Positions 10,754 to 20,893 of a DNA stretch of 64,000 nucleotides are shown one piece after another. The position numbers were made by a program, and so were the translations under genes. Origin of the DNA: Bacteroidia bacterium (GTDB lineage: Bacteria > Bacteroidota > Bacteroidia > UKL13-3); NCBI GenBank assembly GCA_023151275.1, contig JAKLJI010000018.1:2653-66652 (forward strand). Direction: 5' to 3'. Every line of letters starts with the position of its first letter. Position 1 is the first letter of the stretch. The notes under the pieces were generated by a model. It searched no databases. It had not been told where the DNA came from and saw nothing but the letters and a program-made list of their open reading frames with translations.

Positions 10754-11242
10754 ATGAAAAAGATAATTTTTAGTGCATTACTGGCTGGCCTCGTTCTGGT
10801 TTCCTGCAAAAAGGAAATGAAAGAAATTGGAGCCCCGGCCTCCAAGGTGGAAGGAATTACAGCCAGTTGGGAATTGTCCCAAGCCGTGCAAATTGATGAA
10901 CGTTCCTTAACCCGCGAATCTTATAACTTAACCCGCTACTTCCAGAAAAAGGGAAAGCTCCCAAATATTTCATTTGGTGAAAATACCTACACGGTTGATA
11001 CCGCGGGCTTGTCGTTTAACTTCTTTGGTGGACCAAGTGGAACCTGGGCATTTGATGATGCAGCGGCTCCTTCTAGCATTACCTTTACTCCTACCGGAGG
11101 TAGCCCTTTTACTTTGAAATTGGGTGGCCCAATTCGTCCACAGGATAATTTGAAAATTACTCGTGAGGTTGCCGAAACCTGCAAGAACGATAAAGGTCCG
11201 AAGGTGACTTACAGTTTTGTTTTAACCTTTACCCGTAAATAA
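10754..11242 (+). CDS. PUL accessory lipoprotein (DUF5004-like)
   Basis: MKKIIFSALLAGLVLVSC lipobox from the ATG at 10754; GTWAFDD..AP motif; positioned after susD. Confidence 0.65.
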   Translation: MKKIIFSALLAGLVLVSCKKEMKEIGAPASKVEGITASWELSQAVQIDERSLTRESYNLTRYFQKKGKLPNISFGENTYTVDTAGLSFNFFGGPSGTWAFDDAAAPSSITFTPTGGSPFTLKLGGPIRPQDNLKITREVAETCKNDKGPKVTYSFVLTFTRK

Positions 11243-11244
11243 GC

Positions 11245-12117
11245 ATGAAAACGATTAAGTATATCTTATCAATTGCCTTCATGGCTTGCCTGGCTACAAT
11301 TGCCAATGCTCAAAAGGTTTGGATTGATCCCGAAGAACCGGATGTTACAGCTCCAGTAAAAATTTATATCGACTTGGAGAAAATGGAAAATACCTCCTTG
11401 TTGAATTTGGACGGACCTTTTTATATCTGGACCTGGAGCCCAATTGAACATGGTGCAAATAGTCCCAAGGTGAATGGAACCGGAGATAAACCCTGGAAAA
11501 GTTCAAACGATGTGTTGAAAATGACCAAGGATGAATCGAAAGGTGCTAAAGTGTGGTATTATGAAATGATTCCAACAGAGTTCTACGAAGTGCCTGCATC
11601 TGAAGTGTATGCCAAGGGGATTAAGTTTCTCGTAAAACCCAAAGATGGAGGGGGATATGGTGAACCGGATTTAAAAACCGAAGACCTTTCATTAACCATT
11701 ACTGCTCCTAAAACCGAGCGTGGTATAATTTATCAGTTTCCATCCATTATTCTGGAACATGAATTGGTAAACATGATTTACAACAATCCTGCTGATACTG
11801 CCAATCCGGGTATGAAAGACTTGGATGCCGACAACGCTTACATGTGGATGAAAATGACAGCTGTAGATACTGTAACAAATACCACGGTTACTTATCAGCC
11901 TTCCTCTTTCTTCCTTGCAGGTAACAATGAAGCCCTAAAAATGACAAAAGATGAAGCTACCGGAATGTTCTCGCTAACCTTTATTCCTCGTGAGTTTTTT
12001 GGACTTAAACCTTCTGAAAAATGCAAAGAGGTTGAAGTTACAGTGAGGAAAAAGGTTTACAGCTCTGCTTCAGACCGAACCTCTGATCAACCCAAGTTTA
12101 AAGTTGGTTGTAAGTAA
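11245..12117 (+). CDS. Exported PUL protein with two internally repeated, putative glycan-binding modules
   Basis: SPI signal (ANA-Q); internal repeat LKMTKDESKGAKVWYYEMIPTEFYEV versus LKMTKDEATGMFSLTFIPREFFGL; last gene of the PUL operon. Confidence 0.65.
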   Translation: MKTIKYILSIAFMACLATIANAQKVWIDPEEPDVTAPVKIYIDLEKMENTSLLNLDGPFYIWTWSPIEHGANSPKVNGTGDKPWKSSNDVLKMTKDESKGAKVWYYEMIPTEFYEVPASEVYAKGIKFLVKPKDGGGYGEPDLKTEDLSLTITAPKTERGIIYQFPSIILEHELVNMIYNNPADTANPGMKDLDADNAYMWMKMTAVDTVTNTTVTYQPSSFFLAGNNEALKMTKDEATGMFSLTFIPREFFGLKPSEKCKEVEVTVRKKVYSSASDRTSDQPKFKVGCK

Positions 12118-12128
12118 AATAACTTACT

Positions 12129-12162
12129 GAAAGGCTATCCATTTGGGTAGCCTTTCTTTTTT
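12129..12162 (+). terminator. Rho-independent terminator ending the susC operon
   Basis: GAAAGGCTATCC-ATTT-GGGTAGCCTTTC followed by TTTTTT. Confidence 0.85.
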
Positions 12163-12203
12163 GGAGTTGTGGCCCTTTAAGGATTTGCCTGTATTTTCGC
12201 CCC

Positions 12204-12833
12204 ATGAAACAGGAATTCAGAACATGGCTATTGGTTTTGCTGCTTTGGTTACTTGCAGGACTTGCCATTTGTTTTTCCTTTACCCAGGAACAAATCTCAG
12301 TCTGGGTGAATTCCATGCCAGGCCTTGAATTCGACCCCATCGCAAAATACCTTACCTGGTTCGGTGATGGCTGGATGATTGTTGCTCTTTGTATTGCCTT
12401 ATTTGCAATTGATAAACGCTTGGCCTGGTTTCTTTTGCTAAGTTATGCATTGAGTTCCGGCTTTACCCAGTTGCTCAAACATACCTTGTTTTCCGATTTC
12501 CACAGGCCCATGCATTACCTCGCAGAAAATAAATTGATTCATTTGGTAGAAGGGGTTGAAATCAATTATCACAATAGCTTTCCTTCCGGACATACAACGG
12601 CGGCCTTTGCCTTTTTTATGGGTATTGCACTTTGGAAAAATAAACCGGGTTTGACTTTCATTCTTTTGATGGTTTCCATTGTAGTTGGCCTTACCCGAGT
12701 TTACCTGATGCAGCATTTTTTTAGGGACGTCCTGGCAGGTTCTATGGTAGGTTCCCTAATGGCATTTGCTTGTTTATACCTCGTTAAAACCAAGCGATAT
12801 TTTTGGCCTTTTAAGTTTAAAAACGATGCGTGA
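12204..12833 (+). CDS. PAP2 family membrane phosphatase
   Basis: K...RP, SFPSGHT and TRVYLMQHF...D catalytic motifs; several hydrophobic helices. Confidence 0.9.
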   Translation: MKQEFRTWLLVLLLWLLAGLAICFSFTQEQISVWVNSMPGLEFDPIAKYLTWFGDGWMIVALCIALFAIDKRLAWFLLLSYALSSGFTQLLKHTLFSDFHRPMHYLAENKLIHLVEGVEINYHNSFPSGHTTAAFAFFMGIALWKNKPGLTFILLMVSIVVGLTRVYLMQHFFRDVLAGSMVGSLMAFACLYLVKTKRYFWPFKFKNDA

Positions 12834-14469
12834 ATTCATAAAGCAATACGATTGGCTGATTGTTGTCCTGTGGGCGGCAGTTTTGTTTTTTCCATTCCTC
12901 GGCGCTGTTCATTTATTTGATTGGGATGAGATCAATTTCGCAGAATCGGCTCGAGAAATGCTGGTTAGTGGAAATTACCAGCAGGTGCAAATCAACTTTG
13001 TTCCCTTCATGGAAAAACCTCCTTTGTTTTTCTGGCTTCAAGCCTTGAGCATGAAATTGTTTGGGGTGAATGAATATGCTGCAAGATTCCCGAATGCGTT
13101 AACCGGACTCGTAACCCTATTGTTAGTGTTTCAACTTGGTAAACGCTATTTCGGAAGGACATTGGCTTTTTTCTGGGTCTTGATGATTACAGGTAGCCTC
13201 ACTCCACACCTGTATTTCAAGTCGGGGATTATCGACCCCTTGTACAACTTGTTTATCTTTTTATCAGTTTACCAATTTTTCTTATTTACTCAACAAGAAA
13301 CCAATCAAACCAAACATGCCTGGTTGATGGGGATGTTTTTAGGATTGGCAATCATTACCAAAGGTCCGGTTGCTGTTATCATTCTAGTATTAGTGTTCTT
13401 GAGCTATTGGGCAATTCGTCGCTTTAAGCTCTTCTTCCAGGTTAAGCATATTGCCTGGGTTATGCTCTCGGCATTGGCAGTGAGTGCCATTTGGTTTGGC
13501 TATGAAACCTTAAGAAATGGACCCACCTTTTTGATTGAATTTGTAAAGTACCAGGCCGATTTGTTCTTGAATCCGGTGGCAGGTCATGGCCAACCTTTTT
13601 ATTATCATCCGCTGGTTTTGTTAATTGGTGCATTTCCAGCCTCCCTCTTTGCACTCAAAACGCTTTTCATGAGGCAGGGAGATGAAACACCTGCAATGGC
13701 TTGGGTAAGTATGATGCAGTTGTTGTTCTGGGTAGTGCTTATTCTATTCAGTTCTGTAACAACTAAGATAGTTCATTACAGTTCATTGTGCTATTTACCA
13801 TTAACCTTTTTGGCTGCTTATGCACTGAACAATTGGTTTGTAAAGGGCGAAAAACCTGCCATTTGGCAACAGATTTTACTGGTTTGTATTGGTTTGATAT
13901 TGGCTTTGGTGCTTAGTATTATTCCGATGGTAGATGCATTGAAGATTAAGTTTATCCCGCATATTGATGATTTATTTGCCCGTGGCAACTTGATGGTGAA
14001 AGCCAATTGGCGCGGGTATGAATCCTTCCCTCCATTATTTCTTGGTGTGGTGGTGGTTATTACAGCTTGGCAAATTCGAAAGGGAAAGGTGCTGAATGGT
14101 GTATTTATGTTGTTGTTGTTTATGTCGTTTTTCTTACCCGTTTTACTTCGTATTACAGTTCCAAATATTGAAGTTTACACCCAGCGCTCTGCCATTGAGT
14201 TTTACGAAAAACACAGTGAGGAAGATGCCTATATCCAAACCATCGGATTTAAGAGCTATGCGCAGTATTTTTATGGAAAGGTAAAACCTCACAATAGCAA
14301 AGCCTCCGACGAGTCGTGGTTGTTAAGCGGTGCTATTGATAAACCAGCCTACCTGGTTTTAAAAGTAGATAACCTTAAAGACCATGTTAATCCTGAAATG
14401 AAGGAGTTGTACCGAAAAGGTGGTTTTGTGTTTTTTAGACGTGACCCTGTTTTACCTAAGGCTAACTAG
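12826..14469 (+). CDS. ArnT/PMT-like (GT-C) membrane glycosyltransferase
   Basis: LFDWDEINFAESAREM, EKPPLFFW, ARFPNA and TKGP motifs; multi-TM. Start at the ATG at 12826, overlapping the PAP2 stop. Confidence 0.85.
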   Translation: MREFIKQYDWLIVVLWAAVLFFPFLGAVHLFDWDEINFAESAREMLVSGNYQQVQINFVPFMEKPPLFFWLQALSMKLFGVNEYAARFPNALTGLVTLLLVFQLGKRYFGRTLAFFWVLMITGSLTPHLYFKSGIIDPLYNLFIFLSVYQFFLFTQQETNQTKHAWLMGMFLGLAIITKGPVAVIILVLVFLSYWAIRRFKLFFQVKHIAWVMLSALAVSAIWFGYETLRNGPTFLIEFVKYQADLFLNPVAGHGQPFYYHPLVLLIGAFPASLFALKTLFMRQGDETPAMAWVSMMQLLFWVVLILFSSVTTKIVHYSSLCYLPLTFLAAYALNNWFVKGEKPAIWQQILLVCIGLILALVLSIIPMVDALKIKFIPHIDDLFARGNLMVKANWRGYESFPPLFLGVVVVITAWQIRKGKVLNGVFMLLLFMSFFLPVLLRITVPNIEVYTQRSAIEFYEKHSEEDAYIQTIGFKSYAQYFYGKVKPHNSKASDESWLLSGAIDKPAYLVLKVDNLKDHVNPEMKELYRKGGFVFFRRDPVLPKAN

Positions 14470-14478
14470 GTAAGTTAG

Positions 14479-15483
14479 TTAACTACGAGCAAAAGGGGCG
14501 GTATCCATCGTTTCGAATTCCTGTCGCTGAAATTTTAAATCGGCTGCCATGGCAATCATACCGGCATTGTCGGTACAGTATTCAAAAGCTGGTACAAAGG
14601 CTTGCCATTTGTGTTTCTCACAAAGAGCAGTCAATTCTTTTCTCAGTCCGCTATTGGCAGAAACTCCGCCGGCTAGTGCCAATTGGTTAACGCCGTATTC
14701 CTTTGCAGCAAGTTCGGTTTTCTTGAGCAATTGCTTGATTATGGTTGATTGAATGGAGGCGCAAAGGTCGTTCAGGTTTTGTTGTTTAAACTCCGGATTT
14801 ACAAGTTCCCTATCGCGAATAAAATACAATACAGAAGTTTTTAAGCCACTAAAGCTAAAATCAAATCCGGGCATTCTACTTACAGGGAATTCAAAGGCTT
14901 TGGGATTGCCTGTTGAGGCCAACTTGTCCAGAACCGGTCCGCCGGGATAAGGTAATCCTAGAATTTTAGCCGTTTTATCAAAGGCTTCTCCAGCCGCATC
15001 GTCAATGGTTTTGCCAATAATCTCCTGTTCAAAATAATCTTTCATCAAAACCAATTGCGTATGTCCACCACTAACTGTTAAACATAAAAATGGAAATTGA
15101 GGTCGCGGTTCATCAATAAAATGCGCCAGTACATGGGCCTCCATGTGGTGAACTCCTATTAATGGAATGCTTAAACTTTGAGCCAAAGATTTTGCAAAAC
15201 TAGAGCCTACCATCAAGGCTCCAATCAACCCGGGTCCTTTGGTAAATGCTACTGCACTAAGTTGTTTTTTGTTGATTCCTGCTTTTTTCAAAGCCTCTGT
15301 AACCAAGGGCACAAGGTTGGATTGATGTGCTCTACCGGCTAATTCAGGAACAACGCCTCCGTATTGTTCGTGAATTTTTTGGGTGGCAACCAAATTGGCA
15401 TGAATCTTTCCGTTAATCATTATCGCCGCAGCTGTGTCGTCACAAGAAGATTCAATGGCAAGAATAATCCTATCTTTGTTCAT
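14479..15483 (-). CDS. tsaD: tRNA N6-adenosine threonylcarbamoyltransferase
   Basis: ILAIESSCDDT, GGVVPELAGRAH, HHMEAH, VSGGHT, DDAAGEAFDK and CTDNAGMIA motifs. Confidence 0.97.
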   Translation of the reverse strand: MNKDRIILAIESSCDDTAAAIMINGKIHANLVATQKIHEQYGGVVPELAGRAHQSNLVPLVTEALKKAGINKKQLSAVAFTKGPGLIGALMVGSSFAKSLAQSLSIPLIGVHHMEAHVLAHFIDEPRPQFPFLCLTVSGGHTQLVLMKDYFEQEIIGKTIDDAAGEAFDKTAKILGLPYPGGPVLDKLASTGNPKAFEFPVSRMPGFDFSFSGLKTSVLYFIRDRELVNPEFKQQNLNDLCASIQSTIIKQLLKKTELAAKEYGVNQLALAGGVSANSGLRKELTALCEKHKWQAFVPAFEYCTDNAGMIAMAADLKFQRQEFETMDTAPFARS

Positions 15484-15537
15484 TGGGAATTTTGGGAGGA
15501 AACCTGAAAAGTTGTAAGTTGGGCAAAACTACGATTA

Positions 15538-18500
15538 ATGCTGAAGAAGTTAATTAAAATAAGCTACGTTTTGATGGCCAGTTTTCTGGGCCTGCTCATG
15601 GTAGCCTATTTGCTCTTTAGCAGCTTTGCTTTTCAAACTTACCTAACAGGAAGAATTACTTCCTGGGTAAATGAGAAATTCCATACCCGCATTTCGGTAG
15701 GAGAATTGAGCTACGATGGCTGGTCGTATTTTTCGTTGAGGCAAGTGATGTTCGGCGATCAAAAGCAAGACACCCTGTTCTATGCAGGCCGCCTTCAGTT
15801 CAATCTGGCAGGCATTGCAATTGATTCAACAACATTCCGCTTAAACCATGTAGTTTTAGATGAAGGCTTGTGTAAAATATTAACCTACAAAGACAGCACC
15901 TTTAGCATTGATGCCATGTTTGCCTTTACCGAAGAAGATACAACTCCCTCGGTTCCTGGACCTCCTTTCAGACTTGAGCTGAAAAACCTGGAGGTAATGG
16001 ATACCCGTTTTGTCATGATTGACTCAACAGAAACCTTTGAATCGGAGGGTTTTGATGCTTTCAACATGCATGTGAGTGATGTGAATTTTCGTTCGCGCTT
16101 CTTTCAAATCATTGACGATAGCCTGCATTTTGATATGCACCAGTTTTCGTGCCGCGAAAAATCCGGTTTTCAAATCAAAAGGATGGAGGCCGTTAGTACC
16201 ATTTCTTCAAGCACTATCCGACTGGATAAAATGGAGATGGTTACCGCATACAGCGTTTTTCGAGATTATTTCAGCCTCGATTACAAGAGTTGGGATGATT
16301 ACTTGGACTTTGAAAACAAGGTGAAGTTCAACATCCGGATGAAGCGCAGTGATGTGGACTTTAGAGATATTGTTTACTTCGCCCCCTTCCTCAATGAGTT
16401 TAACTATAAGGCAACTGTTTCCGGTAAAGCAAAAGGTCCGCTGGCCTCATTAACCATCCGCGATGTGATGGCAAGCCATGGCAAGGATACGTATTTTGAA
16501 GGGGATGTTCGTTTAAATGGCTTGCCTGATATCGACCATACCTTTATGGATATTGAGGCTCGGTATGCTTCTTCCAATGCCGATGAAGTTCAAACCATTT
16601 CCGGACTTGAAATGCCTGATTTCCTCCGGCAGTTTGGAAAGGTAGAATACGAAGGCCGATATACCGGTTTCTATACCGACTTTGTAAGCTTTGGGAAAAT
16701 TCAAACCATGTATGGCAACATACAAACCGACTTGAATATGAAGCTTGACACTATTCCTGAAAAGAGTGCTTATTCCGGTTCATTAGCCATGACTGAGTTT
16801 GATGCAGGGAAGGTATTTCAAGGTTCTGGATTAGGCCGTGTTAGCCTCCAAATGAATGTTAATGGGAAAGGATTTGATTTGAAGCAGATTCAAACCCGAT
16901 TAACTGCTAGTTTGGATAAGTTGGAATGGAACGGATATCCGTTTTCAGGTATTGATTTGGATGCCGATTTAAGCAGAGGTAATCTTGGTTTGAACCTGAA
17001 TATTGATGATAGCTCATTGGTTATGGATGCTTCAGGTAACATGAATTTATTGCAGAATTTTAAGCACCTGCGCATGAATTCCCATATTGAAGATGCGGAT
17101 TTGAATGCTATCAAACTTCTAAAAGATATTCGTCACCTGGGAATGGACATTGAATCCGATTTTTACTTCAAAGACTTGGATGAAAATTATGGCAGCATTC
17201 AGTTGTCGAATGTGCAATTTGAAAAAAATGCGTATTCAACCCGCATCAATTCCTTGCGTTTGGATGCAAAAAATGGAGATGAGAAATTAATTGCCTTGAA
17301 AGGTGATTACTTGGATGCATTCATCAAAGGCCAGTACGATTTCGACAACCTCCTGCCCCAATTGAATAACCTATTGGCAGATGCCTTCCCCAATCTGCTT
17401 AAGCCAAAACCAATTCCAGGAAATCCAAAGCAGGATTTTACCTGGGAACTAAAACTTTTTTCAAGCAGTTACCTAAGTCCCTTATTTTTTCCGGAATACC
17501 AAGCCTCTCGAGTGGATTTGAAAGGCTTCTTTAAGTCGGAACAAGGTTCGGCTTTAATTCAAGGCGGCGTAGGTTCATTGAATTTGGATGGACTGATATT
17601 TAATCAGAATACCCTTAAGCTATCTATGGGAAAGGAGAAAATGTTTAGCTTGTTGTATGGGTTAAAATCGGTTGGAAAAAAGGATACACTCTACTTAGGC
17701 GATATTGGAATAAAGTTGGATGGAACTAATAATTATTGTGAATCAAAACTATTTATTCGAGATACCAGCGGTTGGGTAAATGGAGAATTGGAATATGCAA
17801 TTCAATTCAAACCTCAACAGGAACTAGCGCTTCAGGTTTCTTACGGGGAACTCGGAAAAGGTTCAAACATGTGGCAATTAGCGCCAGGTGAATTGTTGGG
17901 GTTGAGTTCAGGCAAACTCTATTTTCACGAACTTGAGCTTAGGCAAAATGCTCAGCAATTAAAGTTAGATGGTTTTTATGACCTGAATGGTCCAAGCAAA
18001 AATCTCAGTTTAAATATCGCCAACCTGCAATTGGCAACACTTCTCGAATTTGCTTCGAATCTTGGATTTTATCCATCGGGTTTGGCCGACGGATTTTTGA
18101 TTTACAGACATGTTGGAAAACACGATGTGGTCTTGGGTGATGTGCAACTGGAGGGCCTTAGTTTGGATGGCGATACACTTGGCGATTTTGATTTGCGAAC
18201 AGGATACCAGGAAGCCGATAACAAAGTTTTGCTAAGTGTAAATTCGCCTAAAGGAAAAATCAAACACCTAAAAGGGGAGGGGTATTACGATATCGATAAG
18301 GAATACATCAACCTGGATATCGGATTCAAGGAATCTGAGATCGCTTCTTTTCAGGCGTTTGTTAAAGATTATGTCAAGTTAATGGAAGGCACAGCGGCCT
18401 TGAATGGGCATTTATCCGGACCAATTTCCATGCCTCAGTTTGAGGGTTCATTGCTACTTTTACAGGCCAAGGTTAGAATTGAATACTTAAAAACGGTTTA

Positions 18501-19902
18501 CAAATTCAATCGTGCAAATGTCAATTTCGACAGGCAGAATATGGATATTATTCCCTTTATGGTTGAAGACGTTAATGGCAAAACCGGAAGGGTTTCGGGC
18601 AATATCAACCACAATGGTTTTAATCAATTCAAATACAATTTGCACATTGATGGCTTGAAAGGTTTTCAAGTGCTCAATACCACATCAACCGATAATAATC
18701 TGTTTTATGGGCAGGCTTACGGAACCGGAGCAGCTTCCATCAGTGGCAATACCAATCAGGTGCGGATGCACGTAACTGCCAAATCAGAAAAGGGTACCCA
18801 AATCACAATAAATCCTTTTGGTGGAGAGGCAGAAAGTGGTGATGGATTAATCAATTATGTGGATTACGATACCACTGGTTTTTCAGGGAACCGTGCAAAA
18901 GCAATTCCATTTGGGTTTGGAATTGTATTAGACCTGGAAGCTACTCCTGATGCGGAAATGCAGATGCTATTTTCCGCAACTTCAGACGACCGAATTCGAG
19001 CCAAGGGAACCGGAAAAGTGAAGTTGGAATTAACTCCCGAAGGCAATTTCCTAATGAATGGAAAAGTGAATTTACTGGATGGTGAATACCGGTTCAGTGC
19101 TATGAATTTGGTGGCCAAAAAGTTTGTATTGAAACCGGGTGGCTCTGTGGAATGGAATGGAGACCCATTTACAGGTAAGATAGATATTGATGGAATTTAC
19201 AAGTTGCGCACTACCATTTCCGAAATTGTAAATACCAGCTCCAATGCCGACCCCAATATTCGTATTCCGGTAGAGTGTATTATCAATATCAAAGGAACTG
19301 TAGAACGTCCATTGATTTCATTCGATATGAATTTCCCGGATTTGCAAAACAACCTCAATGGTTCTGCTGCATCTGAGCTCAATGCTGTTTTAAGCAATTT
19401 CAGACGAGAACCTGATTTGATGAATCAGCAAATCGTATTCCTGTTGATATCAGGTAAGTTTATTCCCTTGAACAATACGTCCAACAACGTGGCTGGTTCA
19501 TTGGGAACCCAAACCGTTTCGGATTTGCTTTCCAAACAAGCTGCCGGTTTATTAACGCGCTTGGATCCTAATCTTGATTTAACCGTTGATATGCTCAATG
19601 CAACAGATCCTACCAAGAGTCGTGCGGCTTTGATTTCTGCATCAAGAAGAGTGTTAGACAATCGTCTCGAATTGCAAGGCTCTTTTGCCACCGACAATTC
19701 CCAAAATAATTTTCAAGCCGTTTACACCTTCCGCAAGAATGGGAGCCTTAAGGCCAAAGCATTTAACCGGATGGGTTTCGACCCAATTTATTCGCGCAAC
19801 ATTACCACCTCAGGATTAGGCTTGTACTACCGCCGCGAATTTGATCACATCTACGAACTCTTTGGTAAAAAGGAAAAAGAAATAACGCCTGAAAACCCTT
19901 AA
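15538..19902 (+). CDS. tamB: Translocation/assembly module TamB-like protein
   Basis: N-terminal TM anchor, long beta-taco-like repeat body, C-terminal DUF490-like region (WNGDPF, TSGLGLYYRREFD); divergent from tsaD, as is common in Bacteroidota. Confidence 0.8.
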   Translation: MLKKLIKISYVLMASFLGLLMVAYLLFSSFAFQTYLTGRITSWVNEKFHTRISVGELSYDGWSYFSLRQVMFGDQKQDTLFYAGRLQFNLAGIAIDSTTFRLNHVVLDEGLCKILTYKDSTFSIDAMFAFTEEDTTPSVPGPPFRLELKNLEVMDTRFVMIDSTETFESEGFDAFNMHVSDVNFRSRFFQIIDDSLHFDMHQFSCREKSGFQIKRMEAVSTISSSTIRLDKMEMVTAYSVFRDYFSLDYKSWDDYLDFENKVKFNIRMKRSDVDFRDIVYFAPFLNEFNYKATVSGKAKGPLASLTIRDVMASHGKDTYFEGDVRLNGLPDIDHTFMDIEARYASSNADEVQTISGLEMPDFLRQFGKVEYEGRYTGFYTDFVSFGKIQTMYGNIQTDLNMKLDTIPEKSAYSGSLAMTEFDAGKVFQGSGLGRVSLQMNVNGKGFDLKQIQTRLTASLDKLEWNGYPFSGIDLDADLSRGNLGLNLNIDDSSLVMDASGNMNLLQNFKHLRMNSHIEDADLNAIKLLKDIRHLGMDIESDFYFKDLDENYGSIQLSNVQFEKNAYSTRINSLRLDAKNGDEKLIALKGDYLDAFIKGQYDFDNLLPQLNNLLADAFPNLLKPKPIPGNPKQDFTWELKLFSSSYLSPLFFPEYQASRVDLKGFFKSEQGSALIQGGVGSLNLDGLIFNQNTLKLSMGKEKMFSLLYGLKSVGKKDTLYLGDIGIKLDGTNNYCESKLFIRDTSGWVNGELEYAIQFKPQQELALQVSYGELGKGSNMWQLAPGELLGLSSGKLYFHELELRQNAQQLKLDGFYDLNGPSKNLSLNIANLQLATLLEFASNLGFYPSGLADGFLIYRHVGKHDVVLGDVQLEGLSLDGDTLGDFDLRTGYQEADNKVLLSVNSPKGKIKHLKGEGYYDIDKEYINLDIGFKESEIASFQAFVKDYVKLMEGTAALNGHLSGPISMPQFEGSLLLLQAKVRIEYLKTVYKFNRANVNFDRQNMDIIPFMVEDVNGKTGRVSGNINHNGFNQFKYNLHIDGLKGFQVLNTTSTDNNLFYGQAYGTGAASISGNTNQVRMHVTAKSEKGTQITINPFGGEAESGDGLINYVDYDTTGFSGNRAKAIPFGFGIVLDLEATPDAEMQMLFSATSDDRIRAKGTGKVKLELTPEGNFLMNGKVNLLDGEYRFSAMNLVAKKFVLKPGGSVEWNGDPFTGKIDIDGIYKLRTTISEIVNTSSNADPNIRIPVECIINIKGTVERPLISFDMNFPDLQNNLNGSAASELNAVLSNFRREPDLMNQQIVFLLISGKFIPLNNTSNNVAGSLGTQTVSDLLSKQAAGLLTRLDPNLDLTVDMLNATDPTKSRAALISASRRVLDNRLELQGSFATDNSQNNFQAVYTFRKNGSLKAKAFNRMGFDPIYSRNITTSGLGLYYRREFDHIYELFGKKEKEITPENP

Positions 19903-20856
19903 TTAATTTTCAGTAAGAAATACCTCTGTTGCTCCTCCGCCAAATTGGATAGGGTCTGCATCGCGAAATGATTTTGCCAATTCTTTGTGTTTTCCCAACC
20001 AGGTTTGAATCTTATTCCTCAAGTATTGATTACCTATGCCATGGATAAATACAATGCGTTTCATGTGGTGCACATGAGCAGCTTCCATGCATTGCGTAAA
20101 CACTTCCATCTGTAAGCCTACAATATCCTTTGCGGGTTGAAATCCTTTAGCCAGCAATGCAGGATAATGCAAATCTATCAACTCCTCCGGTCTGGCTTTC
20201 AAATCCATTTTGGGTTCTTGCTTGGGTTCGCTAAAGTCTTTCTGCTTCAGTTGTTCGAGTTGAGGAAGCGCTAAACTTTCATCAATTCTAAAGGTATAAG
20301 CTTGTTTGGAAAGGAAAAAGCAATGCTTCAACGAGGCATGGAATGTTTTTGCATTGAAACTAAATTCTCTGCTGATAGGCTGAACCGGTTTTACTGTAGT
20401 GAATTCGATAGCTATCAGTTGAAAATACAACGTGCTCCAGTTTTGGAAGTCATCCATCCTGTATTTTCCAAACAATTCAGTTTCCTCTTTGTCAAGCTGA
20501 ATCTGTTTGATGAATTTGAAAACGCCTTGTTCTTTCCGATATATGGCCAACAGAATTTTCTCTGTAAAGTTATTATGTATCCAGGCTTGAATGTCTTGGT
20601 CGTTTATGCGTTCAAAGGCTATAAATACGCCCATGGGTTGGGTTGATAGTTTGCGTGGCTTCTCGGAAACCTGTACCTCGGGTTGATTGTTTCCGGCTTT
20701 TTCATCAAAGCCAATTTTTACCACTTGAGATTCTAAAACAGGTATTTCAAAATCACTATCAACGGTAACCCCAATCAAGCCTTTCCCTTTTAAAGAGGTT
20801 ACAAAGCCTTCCATATTTTCGTTTACAAAACGAACCTTATCTCCAAGTTTAATCAT
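19903..20856 (-). CDS. DUF2027/Smr domain protein
   Basis: N-terminal KLGDKVRF..E..EG.V; C-terminal Smr motifs IDLH, VFIHGIGN.LR and FGGGATEV. Confidence 0.85.
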   Translation of the reverse strand: MIKLGDKVRFVNENMEGFVTSLKGKGLIGVTVDSDFEIPVLESQVVKIGFDEKAGNNQPEVQVSEKPRKLSTQPMGVFIAFERINDQDIQAWIHNNFTEKILLAIYRKEQGVFKFIKQIQLDKEETELFGKYRMDDFQNWSTLYFQLIAIEFTTVKPVQPISREFSFNAKTFHASLKHCFFLSKQAYTFRIDESLALPQLEQLKQKDFSEPKQEPKMDLKARPEELIDLHYPALLAKGFQPAKDIVGLQMEVFTQCMEAAHVHHMKRIVFIHGIGNQYLRNKIQTWLGKHKELAKSFRDADPIQFGGGATEVFLTEN

Positions 20857-20867
20857 GAGTAAAGAAT

Positions 20868-20890
20868 AAAAAAGCGGCCTGGAGCCGCTT
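20868..20890 (-). terminator. Probable terminator hairpin after ychF
   Basis: On the minus strand: AAGCGGC-TCCAG-GCCGCTTTTTT, immediately after the ychF stop. Confidence 0.6.
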
Positions 20891-20893
20891 CAG

